Assembly (NCBI GenBank): GCA_964016885.1
Contig: OZ024744.1
Coordinates: 97,278,001-97,342,000 of the forward strand
DNA length: 64,000 nucleotides
Source of the DNA: Eledone cirrhosa
Taxonomy: Eukaryota
Reading direction: 5' to 3'
The translations under genes were made by a program, and so were the position numbers. Shown piece by piece: positions 26,901 through 40,987 of the stretch. Position 1 is the first letter of the stretch. Each line of letters opens with the position of its first letter. Under the pieces are notes generated by a model that was given only the letters and a program-made list of their open reading frames with translations, was not told where the DNA came from and did not search any database.

Positions 26901-28164
26901 ATATTAATAAATAGAAACTATATTTATAAAACCATAATTATTTTATTTTATATATTTCAAGGGTAACCAAGGCAAAATATGGTGCGCTTTCATCAGATAA
27001 AATACAGATTTGTTTTATAAATAAATATTGAAATACTCGAAAAATAGACAACCTTAACGGTTGAAGTTCCCTGGATAGTGGAGGTAATATTGTATTGAGG
27101 GTCATACAAAGTTATGAGTGAGTATGAAAATGAGTGTCAGAAAAATTGAAAAATCAAAGGTTTATTTAAATTAAACTGTTGGAAGAAAGGAGATGTAAAA
27201 GGGAGAGGGAAAAATATTGAGAGGGAAAGGGAAAAAATATTGAGAGGGAGAGAAAATAAAATATTGAAAGGGAAGGAGGAAGAATAATGAAAGGGAGAGA
27301 GAAGAAATGAGAAAGAGAAAAAGAGAAGAAAAGACATAGTGATAGTGAAGAGAAGCGAAGCGAACGAAGAAATAATTTTTACATGGATGAATACTCAGAA
27401 CGTAAATATAACGTCCATTATGCTATGCTTATAATATTTATAAGATAAGTTAAAAAATTAAATTAAGGATAAAAAAATATTGTTAGAATTTAATTAAAAA
27501 TTTTAGTTAAAAATTTAATTAAAATTTAATTAAAATAAGATATATTGCAAAAAGAAGTATTTAAAATATATTAAGATGTATTAATAATATATGGGTTTAG
27601 ATGGGTATGTTATGTTATAGATTATAAATTATTTAAATGTATAGTATTTTGGAAAAAATCTAGTATAGTTTATTTGATTAAAGTAAGTTTGGCAAAATTA
27701 TATTTAACCAGAATTTATTAATAGTTGTAAGTCAAATCTTAAACATTCAAATAATTCCAAAAATTACGAAAATTTACGAGAGTTTACAAAGGAATAAGTA
27801 CTTAATTAGAAGTATATATTAAAACCATTTAAAATTTCAGACTATAAATTAAGACTATAAAAAATTGAGATTATAAAAACAATAAGGAAGTTTAAAGGAA
27901 GTTAAAAGGGATTTTTTAAAAAACTCAAATGACTCCAAGGATAGATAAAAATCTCTTAAAAAAGTTATAAAAAGTTATAAAAATTCATCTTAAAATATAA
28001 TTAAAACATAACACATACATTATTCCACATATATAAATAATATAAATATTTGGATATATATGAAAATACATAAATATTAAAAATGTTTAAAATATTGGAA
28101 GATATATAAATATTAGAAAATATGAAAATATTAGTTTTTCCGTATCTTTCAAAAGGATCTTTCA

Positions 28165-28219
<55 letters not shown>

Positions 28220-28304
28220 GGAGGTGAGTTTTATTGTAGCACAATAAAGCAATGCAAATATCGGATAAGTAGCACTCTACAGTTTGTAGGACTGGAGTAT
28301 AAAT

Positions 28305-28400
28305 AATATAAGATCAAAAGATGGTTAAAAGAGTTGCAAGTATTGAAATGCGCATAATAAAATACTTGGAACTCTTTTAACCATCTTTTGATCTTATATA
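28305..28400. repeat. Foldback hairpin
   Basis: TATATAAGATCAAAAGATGGTTAAAAGAGTT.CAAGTATT ... AATACTTG.AACTCTTTTAACCATCTTTTGATCTTATATA. Confidence 0.8.
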
Positions 28401-28988
28401 TATATATTATCTGCTCCTACGGTCGAGCTGAATTCATAATCACATATTCACGGCTGTTATTTCTAGCGCCATGGATATGAGCCAGAATGCTGAGAAGGTC
28501 GTGTGCAAAAGCACATGTATTAGGCTTGCGACAGATCAGTCTTAAGATACTATCTTAGGAGAAGTGATTTTAATTTCTGGGTGCCTACCGTTGATCACAG
28601 AAAATTGATTACTCCGCTAATAATTATTTTATAAATAGTTGTTCCGTAATTAATTAATTATTTCATTAGTATAACATCCCTTGTGAAACAGGTTTATGTT
28701 TTGAAGTTCTGCCCGATCTGCTGAAAAGGTTTGAATTTTGAAATTTAAACTCGTCTAGGCACCAGGCAGTTGCCATTTTACGTCTGTAAGTATAGATTTA
28801 ATATTTAAAATTCTCTAGATCGATACAGACGGACTATATGTACTTGAATTAAAGTATTTCTATCTGGCTAAAAAAAATTATTGTCATTTTGCAAAAAAAA
28901 AACAAAAAAACACAGTAGTGTTGATCATATATTTTTTTTATTTTTAATTTCTAAATTGTAATATATATATATATATATATATTGAATA

Positions 28989-29692
28989 GATAACAAGGAC
29001 GATTGGTTACTCCTTCATTACATTTATTGGTAGGTGACGCGCGTTTCGCCACTGATCAGCTCAAGGTTCGATCTGTATCGATCTTACCCGACTCAATAAT
29101 CTGCAGCTCGACAGACCCCTTAAAATGCTAGTAGAAAATGAATACATGCTATATGGTAAAGTCAGAAGTTCATATGTTGGTCAGTAAGGCTTGTTTTGAT
29201 TGGTGGAATAGATCATGGGGATGTTTTCGCCTGTAGTGTATGTGGGGGTGGATGTGATGATAAGATGGTGGTGACGGTCGCAGGCTATGATGGGGTGTGT
29301 GTGGGGGGGATTGTCGGTAGACAGATTGGCGTGTATTTGTGGCTGATTATTGTGTGTGGTGTGGGTGTGGTGTTGTTTATGGTAATGGTGTTTATGGTGG
29401 TGTGGTGTATGTGTCGGTGGAGTCAAATACAATGAGGAGATACATACCTAGGTACACTTAACCTGACAAAGACGTTTTATACATACACATGCGTATATAG
29501 ACACTGACATATATACACATACACACACATACACACGCATACACACACACATACATACACACACACATATAGAGCTGCGGATTATTGAGTCGAGTAAGAT
29601 CGATACAGATCGAACCTTGAGCTGATCAGTGGCGAAACGCACGTCACCTACCAATAAATGTAATGAAGTAGTAACCAATCGTCCTTGTTATC
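28989..29692. mobile_element. Element with ~120-bp inverted terminal arms, probably a Penelope-like pLTR inversion
   Basis: 28989-29109 is the reverse complement of 29572-29692. Each arm carries GCGAAACG(C/T)GCGTC-type sequence, and a third copy lies at ~31302-31420. Confidence 0.6.
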
Positions 29693-29796
29693 TTTTCACT
29701 ATAATACACTCTGTCTAACTCTACACCTCGACACAGAAGTGAACCTAAACATCGAGTGCTCACCCGGGTGAACCTACAGTAACTCCAAGTTACACT

Positions 29797-29844
<48 letters not shown>

Positions 29845-29875
29845 ATATATATATATATTATTATTATTATTATTA

Positions 29876-30249
29876 TCTATATATCTAAAACAGAGAATGT
29901 CTGTCTGTCTGACTGTCAGCTCCTTAAAACTCGAGAACTACCCAACCGATTGTTTTCAAACTTTACACATGTAATACTTATGGTCCTGTGAGTGTTTTGA
30001 GCAAAGAATATTTCAAATTTTCAATGCCCTAGGAACCGCATTAGGCGATTTAACGATCTCTCTCTATAATTCTTAGTCTTTCTTTTTAGATAGATACATA
30101 GATATAAAGTTGCACCCTTATAATATCTGTCTGTATATATATAACGTCATAATGTCGTGATGCAGACAGCCGGCTGTCTGATTTACGACATTATTATGTT
30201 ATATGTGTGTGTGTGTGTATGTGTATATATATGTATATATATATATATA

Positions 30250-30329
<80 letters not shown>

Positions 30330-31094
30330 TGTAACGTTTTTCGAAATATTTACTTCTGCGTTCACAGATTGATTTTTTAGTTTCAGAAGATCCCGTTAAG
30401 GGTGAAAGCAACGTTTCTTTGCTTAAACTTTAATCTGTTATTTTAATATATATATATATAAACTATAATAAAGTAAGGAGCACGGGACTGCGTACGGTTT
30501 ATAATTTGTTATCCCATTAGTAAAATAAGTTGGATTACTTTGAATAAATAATGAATGAATATTACATAATTTATCTACTAAATTTCGTGGCTGTTCATTA
30601 AATATATTTTATTATTTATTTAAGGATTCACTTCTTTAAAATTTTCAAATGTCAACACTTCCAGTGGCGACCGCTTATATAAACATACTAATTTTCTGTC
30701 ACTAATTTTTTCCTAATGCAGTTTATATATAATATCGTCTTTTTTAATGCATCATGGATTACTTTACTGATTATATAAGACAGTGTAACACAGACTTCGT
30801 TCAATTTCTGTGTATATTGTCAATTACGATTTTATTTGACGTATCATATCTACATGTATATATACTTGCGTATAATATCAATATACACACTACACATGCT
30901 AGCAGAAAACTAACCGAAGGGTGATTTTTCTGCTAGTATATATAATTATATATTCGTGTACAGATATTTTTGCATACACAATAACAAAATATAAACAAAC
31001 GTATTTATTTCACAGGGCTCGATAAAGATAAATATATATCAAATATATAAGAACCCTCGAGCAAATCCCGAGCAACGCCGGGCCATTCTGCTAG
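29876..31094 (+). mobile_element. Non-autonomous Helitron
   Basis: A|TCTATATATCTAAAA...GTCTGTCTGTC 5' end. The 3' end has hairpin CCCGAGCAACGCCGGG followed by CTAG|T. Inserted between A and T with no TSD. Confidence 0.85.
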
Positions 31095-31107
31095 TTTTTA
31101 TTATAAT

Positions 31108-31295
31108 AATGGTCGATTGGCAGTATCGGTAGAGGGTCGGACACCATGCTTTCTAGCATAGTTACCTCCCTTTACGTTCTGAGTTCAAATCCGGCCGAGG
31201 TTAACTTTGCCTTTCATCCTTACGAGGTCGATAAAATAAAGTACTAGTAATGCACTGGGTAATTGCTGTCCTTGTGCTAAAAGTAGAACCAATTA
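31108..31295 (+). mobile_element. tRNA-derived SINE (Meta-like core)
   Basis: Same family as the copies at 9125 and 14592. Confidence 0.85.
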
Positions 31296-31301
31296 TTATA
31301 A

Positions 31302-31900
31302 TACAAGGGCGAATTGTTAAGCCTTCATTACGTTTATTGATTGGTGACGCGCGTTTCGCTATTGATCAGCTCAAGGTTCGATCTGTATCGATCTGGTCCG
31401 ACTCTGGAATCAAAAGCTCGTCGGACCTCTGCTGTTGTAATGACAGAATAAACATGTAAAGCATAGAAATGTCTAACGTTTCGTGTTCATTTGGCGGTCA
31501 GTTTATGTTGTTTTGATTGGTTGTTTAGCTCTGAGGAATGTTTTGGCATTTGTGATAGGTGGGTTGGGATCAGCATAGTGATGAGGTGGTGGGGAATGAT
31601 GGTTGATGTGAGTTGGGGGTGTGGTGTTTTAGCTTGTCATAGACATTTCGGCGTGTACGGCGATATGTCTATGACGTACGGCGGAGGTGTTGTGTGTAGT
31701 GTGGATGTGGTAGGGCATGAAAGGGTGCAGTGTTGTACTAGGGGTAGGGGATTTCTGCTGGTCATCAGTTTGTCACGGAAGTGTGAGTGGTTAGTTAGGG
31801 TTAAACTGTGTTAGGGTGGGGCTTATTTGTAAACTGTTGAGACATCGTGAGAGGGAATTTGCGCTATAAAGAATTAATGAGGTGGTGAGAATGGTATGAG
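31302..31900 (-). mobile_element. Second copy of the 29-kb Penelope-like element
   Basis: GGTGACGCGCGTTTCGC.A.TGATCAGCTCAAGGTTCGATCTGTATCGATCT is shared, followed by a similar GT-rich body. Confidence 0.55.
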
Positions 31901-31919
31901 GTTAGTGTTTGAAAATCTT

Positions 31920-32380
31920 AATTATAATAAAGAAAGGAGTGCGGGACTGCATCCAGAATATAATTTTTGTTATCCCGTTTGTAAAATAAGTTGGATTACT
32001 TTGAATAAATAATGAATGAATATTACATAATTTATCTACTAAATTTCGTAGCTTTTGAGTAAATATATTTTATTGCTTATTTAAAGATTCACTTCTTTAA
32101 AATTTTCAAATGTCAACACTTCCGGTTAGCGATCGCTTAAATAAACATTCATATATTTCCGTCACAAATTTTCTCCTAATGCAGTTTATATATAATATCG
32201 TCTTTTTTTAATGTATCATGGATTACATTACTGAATACAGAAGACAGTGTAACAGAGTCTTCGTTCAATTTCTGTGTATATTGTCAATTACGATTTTATC
32301 TGATGTATCATATCTACATGTATATATACTTGCGTATAATATCAATATGCACACTATATATACTAACAGAAAACCACCCA
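31920..32380 (+). mobile_element. ~460-bp Helitron-associated module (also at 30465-30937 and 55020-55665)
   Basis: GTAAAATAAGTTGGATTACTTTG.ATAAATAATGAATGAATATTACATAATTTAT is shared by the three copies. They end in a CTAGCAGAAAACC...TTTTCTGCTAG palindrome, truncated in this copy. Confidence 0.7.
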
Positions 32381-35300
32381 AAGACTACATAAACGACTTA
32401 GATACATCATATGCCAGTACGAAATTTGACACCACGTGTACCATCTGAGTCTACCTCGACTGTTGTGGAAAACGCTATCGATAATAATAATCAAAAGTAT
32501 AAACAATTGAAAATTTCCCTCAACAAACTCTTCCAGAGAGATATTAATTCATGTATAAACATTTCTCTTGCTGAACGTAATAAAACAACAACACTAAATA
32601 AAATAAAACCAAATAATGAAATCTTACGTGCGATTGACGAAATAGAGGGCGAATATTTACGACAAATTAAAACCCCAACATTTTGGCAAATCAACGCCTG
32701 TTTATATGCCCTAGCAATGACAGTGAAGCGCTATCTTGGTGATAGCAGAGATATTATCAAGAACAAAACACCACAAAATATACCATCATACATAACTAAA
32801 ATAGAAAAAAAGATTCTGACCCACGAAAAACTATAGGATATGTGACAATGCTCTTTACATGCAAACAAAAACAAAAAAAAACTTCACTCCTCACCAACAA
32901 AGTGAAAAATAAAATAGAAACGATGTTTGGTAACAGTACAACCAGAACTCTTCAATATAAGCTGATTACCCTCAAACAAGAATTGAGAGCTGTCAGCGAG
33001 AAATGCGAAGAAGGTAGATGAAAGAAAAGTGCTTAATAAAAGATTCAGACGAAACCAAACATCAGTCTATAGAGATATGAAGGGCAAAGTAAAAAATGTC
33101 ACTGAGGCCCCATCCCAGAAAGACATAGATCCTTTCAGGACAAAAATATAGGGTGAAAAGAAGCATTTCAACCAAGATGCAGTGTGGCTAAAAGAAATCC
33201 AAAAGAACTATTGCTCCTACACTACAACACTGCAACAAAAACATACGAAATAAGTGACGTTACCCTTGAGACTGTGATAGGAGAACTACAAGATAAGAAA
33301 ACACCAGGAAGAGATGTGATTGTCGGCTTCTGGTACAAAACACTGATATTCTATCGGAGGTATCTTACTGACCTCTACCAACAAGTTCTTAAGAGAGATA
33401 CACTTATACCAGAATGGTTGACATTACCACAAACATTACTGGTCCCCAAGAACAAAGACACCCACTTGGCAAAAAACTACCGACTCATTGCATGCCAGAA
33501 CCTGATGTATAAGATGTATACAGCCTGCCTGAACCTATTTCTCCAAGATCACTGTGAAAATAATAACATCATCACAGGTGAACAAGCAGCTGGAAAGAAA
33601 AGGGTTTGGGGATGTGCTGAACAACTCCTAATCAACAAAACTGCGATGTCGGAGGTGCGACAACTTAGGAGGAATATGACTACAGTCTAGCTGGACTACA
33701 GGAAAGCTTTCGATTCTGTTCCCCACTCTTGGATGATAGAGGCCCTCCAACTTGTTAAAGTCCCAGATATTATTGTCAGAGCAATAGAGAGGCTGTCTTC
33801 TTCTTGGGCTACTATCCTAAGGTTAAAAACAGAGAGGGGGGATTCTATTTTCACTGATAAAATAAAATATCTCAGGGGTATATTTCAAGGAGACAGTCTC
33901 TCTGTCCTTATCCTTTCTGCTCAAGAAATGTGAAGAATATATCATTGGCTCACAGGAGGACTGAAATACGAACTTAATGTTTGTGGATGACTTAAAACTC
34001 TATGCGAAGAACATAAATGGGATGAAGAAAAATCTTGACCTGGTTACAACGTTCTCAAAGGATATAGGAATGCAGTTTGGCCAAGATAAATGTTCATGTA
34101 TGATTGCAAAGTGGGGAAAAACTACAACCCAATCTAGCAATATTTTTATCAGTGGCTTAACTGTTTCACAGATATCTGACGAGGACTGCTACGGATACCT
34201 GGGGATAGATGAGAACATATCCTATAATGGTATTTGTAATAAGGAACGCATAACCAGGGAGTATTACACCCGATTAAGAAGAATATGGTCATCGGAACTC
34301 TCTGCGTACTACAAAACAGTGGCTCATAATGTGTTTGCTGTGCCTGTCCTAACACCAACGTTTGAAATACTCGATTGGACGATGGACGAAATCCGAGCAA
34401 TTGATGTTAAAACTCGAAAAATTCTAAATATCGGAAATTTCCACATCAACAGTGACATAGACCGCCTTTACTTGAAACGTAAGCAAGGAAGCAGAGGCCT
34501 AACATCAGCCCAGACAGCATTTGAATGTCGCATCATATCCCTCCGACAACATTTACGATTCTCCAGACGTTCCTACGTGCAAGTCTGTCTGCATGAGACA
34601 GATAAGATCATGAGAGTTGGGAAGGAACTCCTTGAAAGATATTCGCTGTGTGATAATCAAAAACTGAAAAACTGCATGCTTATCAGCAAAAAAATCATGC
34701 ATGGATATGTTGCCAGGAAGCTCCAGAGTGAGAGTAATATAGATAAGCAAAGTAGTCTATCTTGGACCAACAACCGCTATATTGGCTCCCACTTTGAACG
34801 ATACGCTTTTACAATTCAAGAACAGGAAATCAACACGAAATACCTGATTCACAAAAGAAATAGGGATATAGGAAAAACAGCTAGATGTGACAACAAATGC
34901 AGACTCTGCTGAATTAACATCAAAGATGTCACCCATGTCATAAGCAGCTGTCTAAAGATGTCATCGCGGTACTATCTACCTATGAGACATGATGTAGTGC
35001 CCAAAACACTGTATAATGCAAACCGTAGAAAAGATAGCCCCGACAATAAAGATATTAAAAGCTACAGTAAAGTGGAATTCATATACGTACATATTATGGA
35101 AGAGTACCTTTGGAATATTCCAGTAAAAACCTCAATAAAATGCAAGCATAACAGACCAGATATAATGATATGGGACAGGGAAAAGAAGGCATACACAGTT
35201 GTGGAAGTTAGCTGCCCAGCAGATGCAAATATGATATTAAAGATTAGCGAAAAGGAGAATATCTATGCAGAACTAATGAAAAATCTACAGATATTCCACC

Positions 35301-35682
35301 CTGATTACACCTTCACATTTATGCCTGTGGTTATTGGGGCACTGGGATATGTTAGTAACTGCCTCAATACAAATCTTGAGAAGCTAGGCTTCACAGGAAC
35401 AGAAAGAACACAACTAGTTAGGAAATTACAAGTACAATCCATTAATGGAACAGTAAAAATATGTAAAACATTCCAAGACTTCTGCATCTAATAACTGCAT
35501 ATACACATCTACAGATACAAAGCATATACACATGCACACATATAACTCAAAACATCCACATCCACACATACACTAACGTCCATACCTGCACACACATGCG
35601 TGCATGCAGTCAGGCAGACATATCAACCTAGTCGATGTTGAGTAAATTCCAATGAGAGAGTCTTGTGTCTATGCTAGAAACC

Positions 35683-35686
<4 letters not shown>
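32380..35686 (+). mobile_element. R4/Dong-like non-LTR retrotransposon (RT + CCHC + restriction-like endonuclease), disrupted
   Basis: NYRLIAC, LDYRKAFDSVPH, GIFQGDSLS, FVDDLKLY, CRLC..H..C, RHD, and HNRPDIMIWD...EVSCP...EK (PD-(D/E)xK). The 3' end abuts (TC)n. Confidence 0.9.
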
Positions 35687-35775
<89 letters not shown>

Positions 35776-36312
35776 TCTTTCTTGGTAAAAATTTATAAAA
35801 TTATAAAACCAGAACATAAATACAACCTTTACTTCGTAACCAGACCTGCAAAGTAATTCTTGCTAATATCTACTTCAAATACAGTTAGATATCCGTTCCT
35901 AAATATCCACAAGAGGATATTTAGGAATACATTAGCCAGCGTGTCCTTTCCTTTTAAAAAGTGACTGAGTGTTTTTCTAGGGAGTTATTACATACAAAGG
36001 GTAATCAAATAATCAAATATTCATTATGATATGCCAGAAAGGTTTGGCTGCATGGTTACAGCTTGAATGAATGTTAAACGATATGCTCTCAAAATACAGA
36101 AATATTTTCCCCCATTACGTTTAAATATCGTTAGAGAACGACGGAAAACAGGAATCTGCAACAGATAGGCTCTAATAACACATATAAAAGGGTCGAACGT
36201 ACAACTTTAAGTAACACCACTTACAAATATTCTAGAAAATACACATCTTTATAAAAGAAAATAGTAATAAAAATGCCAGCAACACTACTATCATAAAAAC
36301 AGGAAATATCGT

Positions 36313-37208
36313 TATCTCTTCTTCTTCTTTGCCTTCTTCTTCTTCTTCTTCTTCTTCTTCTTCTTCTTCTTCTTCTTCTTCTTTGCCTTCTTCTTTGCCT
36401 TCTTCTTCTTCTTCTTCTTCTTCTTCTTCTTCTTCTTCTTCTTCTTCTTCTTCTTTGCCTTCTTCCTCTTCTTCTTTGCCTTCTTCTTCTTCTTCTTCTT
36501 CTTCTTCTTCTTCTTCTTCTTCTTCTTCTTCTTCTTCTTCTTCTTCTTCTTCTTCTTCTTCTTCTTCTTCTTCTTCTTCTTCTTCTTCTTTGCTTTCTTC
36601 TTCTTCTTCTTCTTCTTCTTCTTCTTCTTCTTCTTCTTCTTCTTCTTCTTTGCCTTCTTCTTCTTCTTCTTCTTCTTCTTCTTTGCCTTCTTCTTCTTCT
36701 TCTTCTTCTTCTTCTTCGCCTTCTTCTTCTTCTTCTTCTTCTTCTTCTTCTTCTTCTTCTTCTTCTTCTTCTTCTTCTTCTTCTTCTTTGCTTTCTTCTT
36801 CTTCTTCTTCTTTGCCTTCTTCTTCTTCTTCTTCTTCTTCTTCTTCTTCTTCTTCTTCTTCTTCTTCTTTGCCTTCTTCTTCTTCTTCTTCTTTGCTTTC
36901 TTCTTCTTCTTCTTCTTCTTCTTCTTCTTCTTCTTCTTCTTCTTCTTTGCCTTCTTCTTCTTCTTCTTCTTCTTCTTCTTCTTCTTCTTCTTCTTTGCCT
37001 TCTTCTTCTTCTTCTTCTTTGCTTTCTTCTTCTTCTTCTTCTTCTTCTTCTTCTTCTTCTTCTTCTTCTTCTTCTTCTTCTTCTTTGCCTTCTTCTTCTT
37101 CTTCTTTGCCTTCTTCTTCTTCTTCTTCTTTGCTTTCTTCTTCTTCTTCTTCTTCTTTGCTTTCTTCTTCTTCTTCTTCTTCTTCTTCTTCTTCTTCTTC
37201 TTCTTCTT
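36313..37208. repeat. ~900-bp (TTC)n/(GAA)n tract with TTTGCC and TTTGCT interruptions
   Basis: Visible directly in the sequence. It is contiguous with the RTE 3' end on the minus strand. Confidence 0.97.
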
Positions 37209-37505
37209 GAGAGTTCGTGGGGACAGAATCCTCAAGCATTCCTTCCACCAGGTCCTGTCAGAAGCAACCGTCTCCAACTGATCCTGTTGGATCCCCAGGC
37301 CAGACCTGCCAAGCTTATGGATCTTAACCAACCATCTTGCTCGCGGTCTACCCCTGGGTCTCCTGTCGGTTGGTTTTTGCCCGTAAAATCTGTCCAGTGA
37401 TTATTTCCTGAGATATTCTAACACCTGAGCTGTGATCTCTCCAATCGGAGAAGTAGCGGTTATACCTGGAGTGACTCTCTGATCCCCCGAGCTACGTCCA
37501 TAGTT
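37209..37505 (-). mobile_element. RTE 3'-end fragment
   Basis: Peptides PLLLRLERSQLR and LETVASDRTWW, followed by the GAA tail. Confidence 0.7.
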
Positions 37506-37621
37506 ATCTCATTTCTGAATATCACAGGTCCCTAGAACGCATGTAAGAATAAACACGTTACACGCATATATAAACTTTGTAAACATGACGCATATATATA
37601 TATATATATAAATATATATAC

Positions 37622-37708
<87 letters not shown>

Positions 37709-37903
37709 ACGAAGGAAATGTGATAAGGAACCAGGTGGACCATAACGCACCAAAGTACTCAATACTTAGGGTAGTAGAGTGGGTAATAGGAACCAGTAAG
37801 ACCCCGACGGCTGAACTCAAGCCGTTTCGACGGCTAATTCTGGACTCCAGAATTAGCCGTCGAAACGGCTTGAGTTCAGCCGTCGGGATCTTACTGGTTC
37901 CTA
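37709..37903. repeat. Short element ending in a ~57-bp-arm palindrome, embedded in (TA)n
   Basis: ATAGGAACCAGTAAGA.CCCGACGGCTGAACTCAAGCCGTTTCGACGGCTAATTCTGGA-C-TCCAGAATTAGCC...TTCCTAT. The head is homologous to 44361-44445. Confidence 0.85.
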
Positions 37904-38141
37904 TATATATATATATATACATATATACACACATATATATATATAAATATATATAGAGAGAGAGCAAACATCACGGGCGCTCTATCTCAAAATTATTTTT
38001 GAAAAGCATTAGAAATGCGCAACCGGTAAAAACTTAAAACTAAAACTGAATACTAACCAATACTTATTACTAATTTTTACTTATTCCTAATTAAACTATT
38101 TTTCACTGGGAAAAATTTGTCAGTATTTTCTTTTCCTTTTA

Positions 38142-38176
<35 letters not shown>

Positions 38177-39482
38177 AAAGTATATATTGAGTTAGAAACT
38201 CAAAATAGTCTCTTACAATTAAATAGTTCAACGAAAAATATTTTTCCGGGCCGTGTAATATAATTCAATATAATAAAGAGAGGTAAACACAGATATAAAT
38301 ATATGTGTGTTCAAATCATAAGGGATCAGATTCGCTAGGGTGAATAGGATACTAACTATGAACAATACGGTTTGCCAGACTCAATTTAAAAGAATAAATT
38401 AAGAAAAAGTACAAACCGAAATTGTGATAACTATCATTTGTACATCCATATATATAAGCGTTCTGCTATATAATTACCCTTTTATAAAACTAAATGATGT
38501 TATCCTCACACATATTTACTTGGCAATAATCCAGGGAACAGACTTACCATCCCCATACAGAACACACGGCATATAAAAACAAAAATATTTATCATGTCAA
38601 CTTCCTGTCAACTCTTCCAGATCTTGAATTTTTTTTTTTTTTTTTTTTTTTTTTTTCCAAAATGCAGGACAACGGTGGTGAATACGAAGACCCCGATATT
38701 ATAAAGATCGAGAGAAAAAATATATTAAAATGATTTCAAAAGTAAAAAGAGAGAGAACCTGATAGTAAATAACCATACAATAATCATTTCCCAGTTTATG
38801 AATTTATGAAGGTGGAGTGAGGTGTTTGTGTGTGTGTGTGGGGGGGGGGGGGGGGCGAATATTGATGACAGTATATGCCTAGTATTCCTCTTATCGATCT
38901 CCAAAGACATGAAAAGAAATAATAACAAGTCAGCACTAATTGAATTTGATTTTATAAAGTAGCAAGGCGGAACTAAATGCTAATTTCTAAGATAGGCACA
39001 AGGCTAAAACATTTGAGGGAGGGCATTGTCAATTTAATTGACTCTGTTACTCTAGTGATGTTATTTTATTGATCTCGAGGGAATGAAAGAAGAAATTGAC
39101 ATCGATGAATATAAAAGAGTCGTAACCAAACACCAAACCATACAGGCCACTTTCTACAACATCTTATATATTTCTACTAGTTCACTGCCTTTAAGCATAT
39201 AACAATAAATGTTATATATTACTTGGTTTCCTATTATTGTATATATTTCTGTTAGTATTAACATATTGAAGAACTGCATACTTTTAATTATCTAAAGATT
39301 TCCAGTAAAACATGATTTCTGAAGGGAAGTCAATTAATTACTCTTACCATTTTTTACTATGCGATATAATTTATTGTATTTTATTTCATTTAATATATAC
39401 ATTTCAGCTGTCATATATATTTTCAACATTACATTTTGTTTTCTAATTTAAAGTTTAAAAATTGTAGATTTTATATAAATTA

Positions 39483-40987
39483 CTAGCAGTGGTACCCAGC
39501 GTTCCACGGGATAAGGTATTTTGGAACGTGGGCCGCCAACAGACCTAATCGTGGAAAAAACTGCATGGCTGGACAATATGTAAAGAAAATAAACCGAATA
39601 ATCTGATGGCTGGATAATCTTTAAGATTTTCCTCGATAAAGCAGGAAAAATGCAGGTTTTCACTTAATGCGGGCCCTAGGGGATCAAGAAAATGAATTCT
39701 TTTTATGTACATAATATGCCTTGAAATTTCGGGAAAATCGGCTAGACGTAACGCCTAAAAAAAGCCCTAAAAAGCTGAATAAAAGAAGTTTTTCACCTAA
39801 TGCTGGCCCTAGGCCATAAAAAGTTGGATTTTCTTTGCTCATGGTATGAAGAAGAGACTGACTAATACATAGTTACAATTTCAAGGAAATCGGTCTGACG
39901 TAACGCCTCAAAATACCCCTAAAAAGGGATCAAAAAGTTGAATTTTTTATGTGTATAACACTCCCTGAAACATAACGCGGGCCACCAACAGACCTAATCG
40001 TGGGAAAACTGCATGCCTGGACAATATGTAAAGAAAATAAACCGAATACTCTGATGCAATTAGTATTAGGAAGGCTTCTCCTTCCACGTGGAGAAAATCG
40101 GCTTGGTGCTTTTGTACTTTAATAAAGTGGCATGAGTCAGCAGGACAGATGTCACCACTTATGTCAGAAGGATGTCTGCAATGCTTGAGCAAGGCATGAC
40201 GTGCAATCGGACCGCATGTGGAGCCTTCTCGAAGGAGACCACCGCACCTTAGTAAGTAAACGTAACTGGACAAACGTTTACCTAACTGTGGGTATAATTT
40301 AACAAATTTAAAGAGGAATGGTGCAATAAAATGGGCCCCGATGGGTGTGCTTATTCACTGGCAGCGCTAAACGAAAGGGTCGCCATCAGTTATTTCAAGG
40401 GCCCTTAAAAGGGCTTTGTAAGCCGTTCACTGACACCCCAGTAAGGAGGGATAACCATCAACAATTTCAAGTGGTGGCCATGTGAGCGTTCTCTTGTAGC
40501 CCTTAATAGTGACTTTGACTGCGTTCTCTGACAGTTGGAGGGTGTAACGGTTGCTTCCACTGGTAGCCTTTAGAATGAATCAGAATGCGTTCGCGGCCCA
40601 TTTAACAGCCATACGTTGACGCGCCGAGTGCGATGCAGACAGCTAGACATACAGACAGATATTATAAGGGCACGTTCTGGACGAAGAGGGAATTGTGGGA
40701 AGTGACGTAATGCAGACAGATATTATAAGGGCGCGACGTTATATATATGTATCTATCTAAAAAGAGAAAGACTAAGAATTATGGAGAGAGATCGCTAAAT
40801 CGCCTAATGCGGTCCCTAGCGCATTGAAAATTTGAAATTCTTTTTACTCAGAACACTCCCTGAAACATAAGTATTACATGTGTAAAGTTTGAAAACAGTT
40901 GGTTGGATGGTTCTCGAGTTTTAGGGATTCAAACTCACACACACACACACACACACAGACAGACATCCTCAGTTTTATATATAAAGA
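39483..40987 (-). mobile_element. Non-autonomous Helitron, same 5' family as 29876
   Basis: Minus-strand 5' TCTTTATATATAAAACTGAGGATGTCTGTCTG. The 3' end has hairpin CCCGTGGAACGCTGGG + CTAG|T. 40760-40987 is homologous to 29876-30090. Confidence 0.85.

Noticed and set aside
36232-37331. Poly-E, poly-K and poly-S ORFs
   Set aside because: They are frames of the (GAA)n tract.
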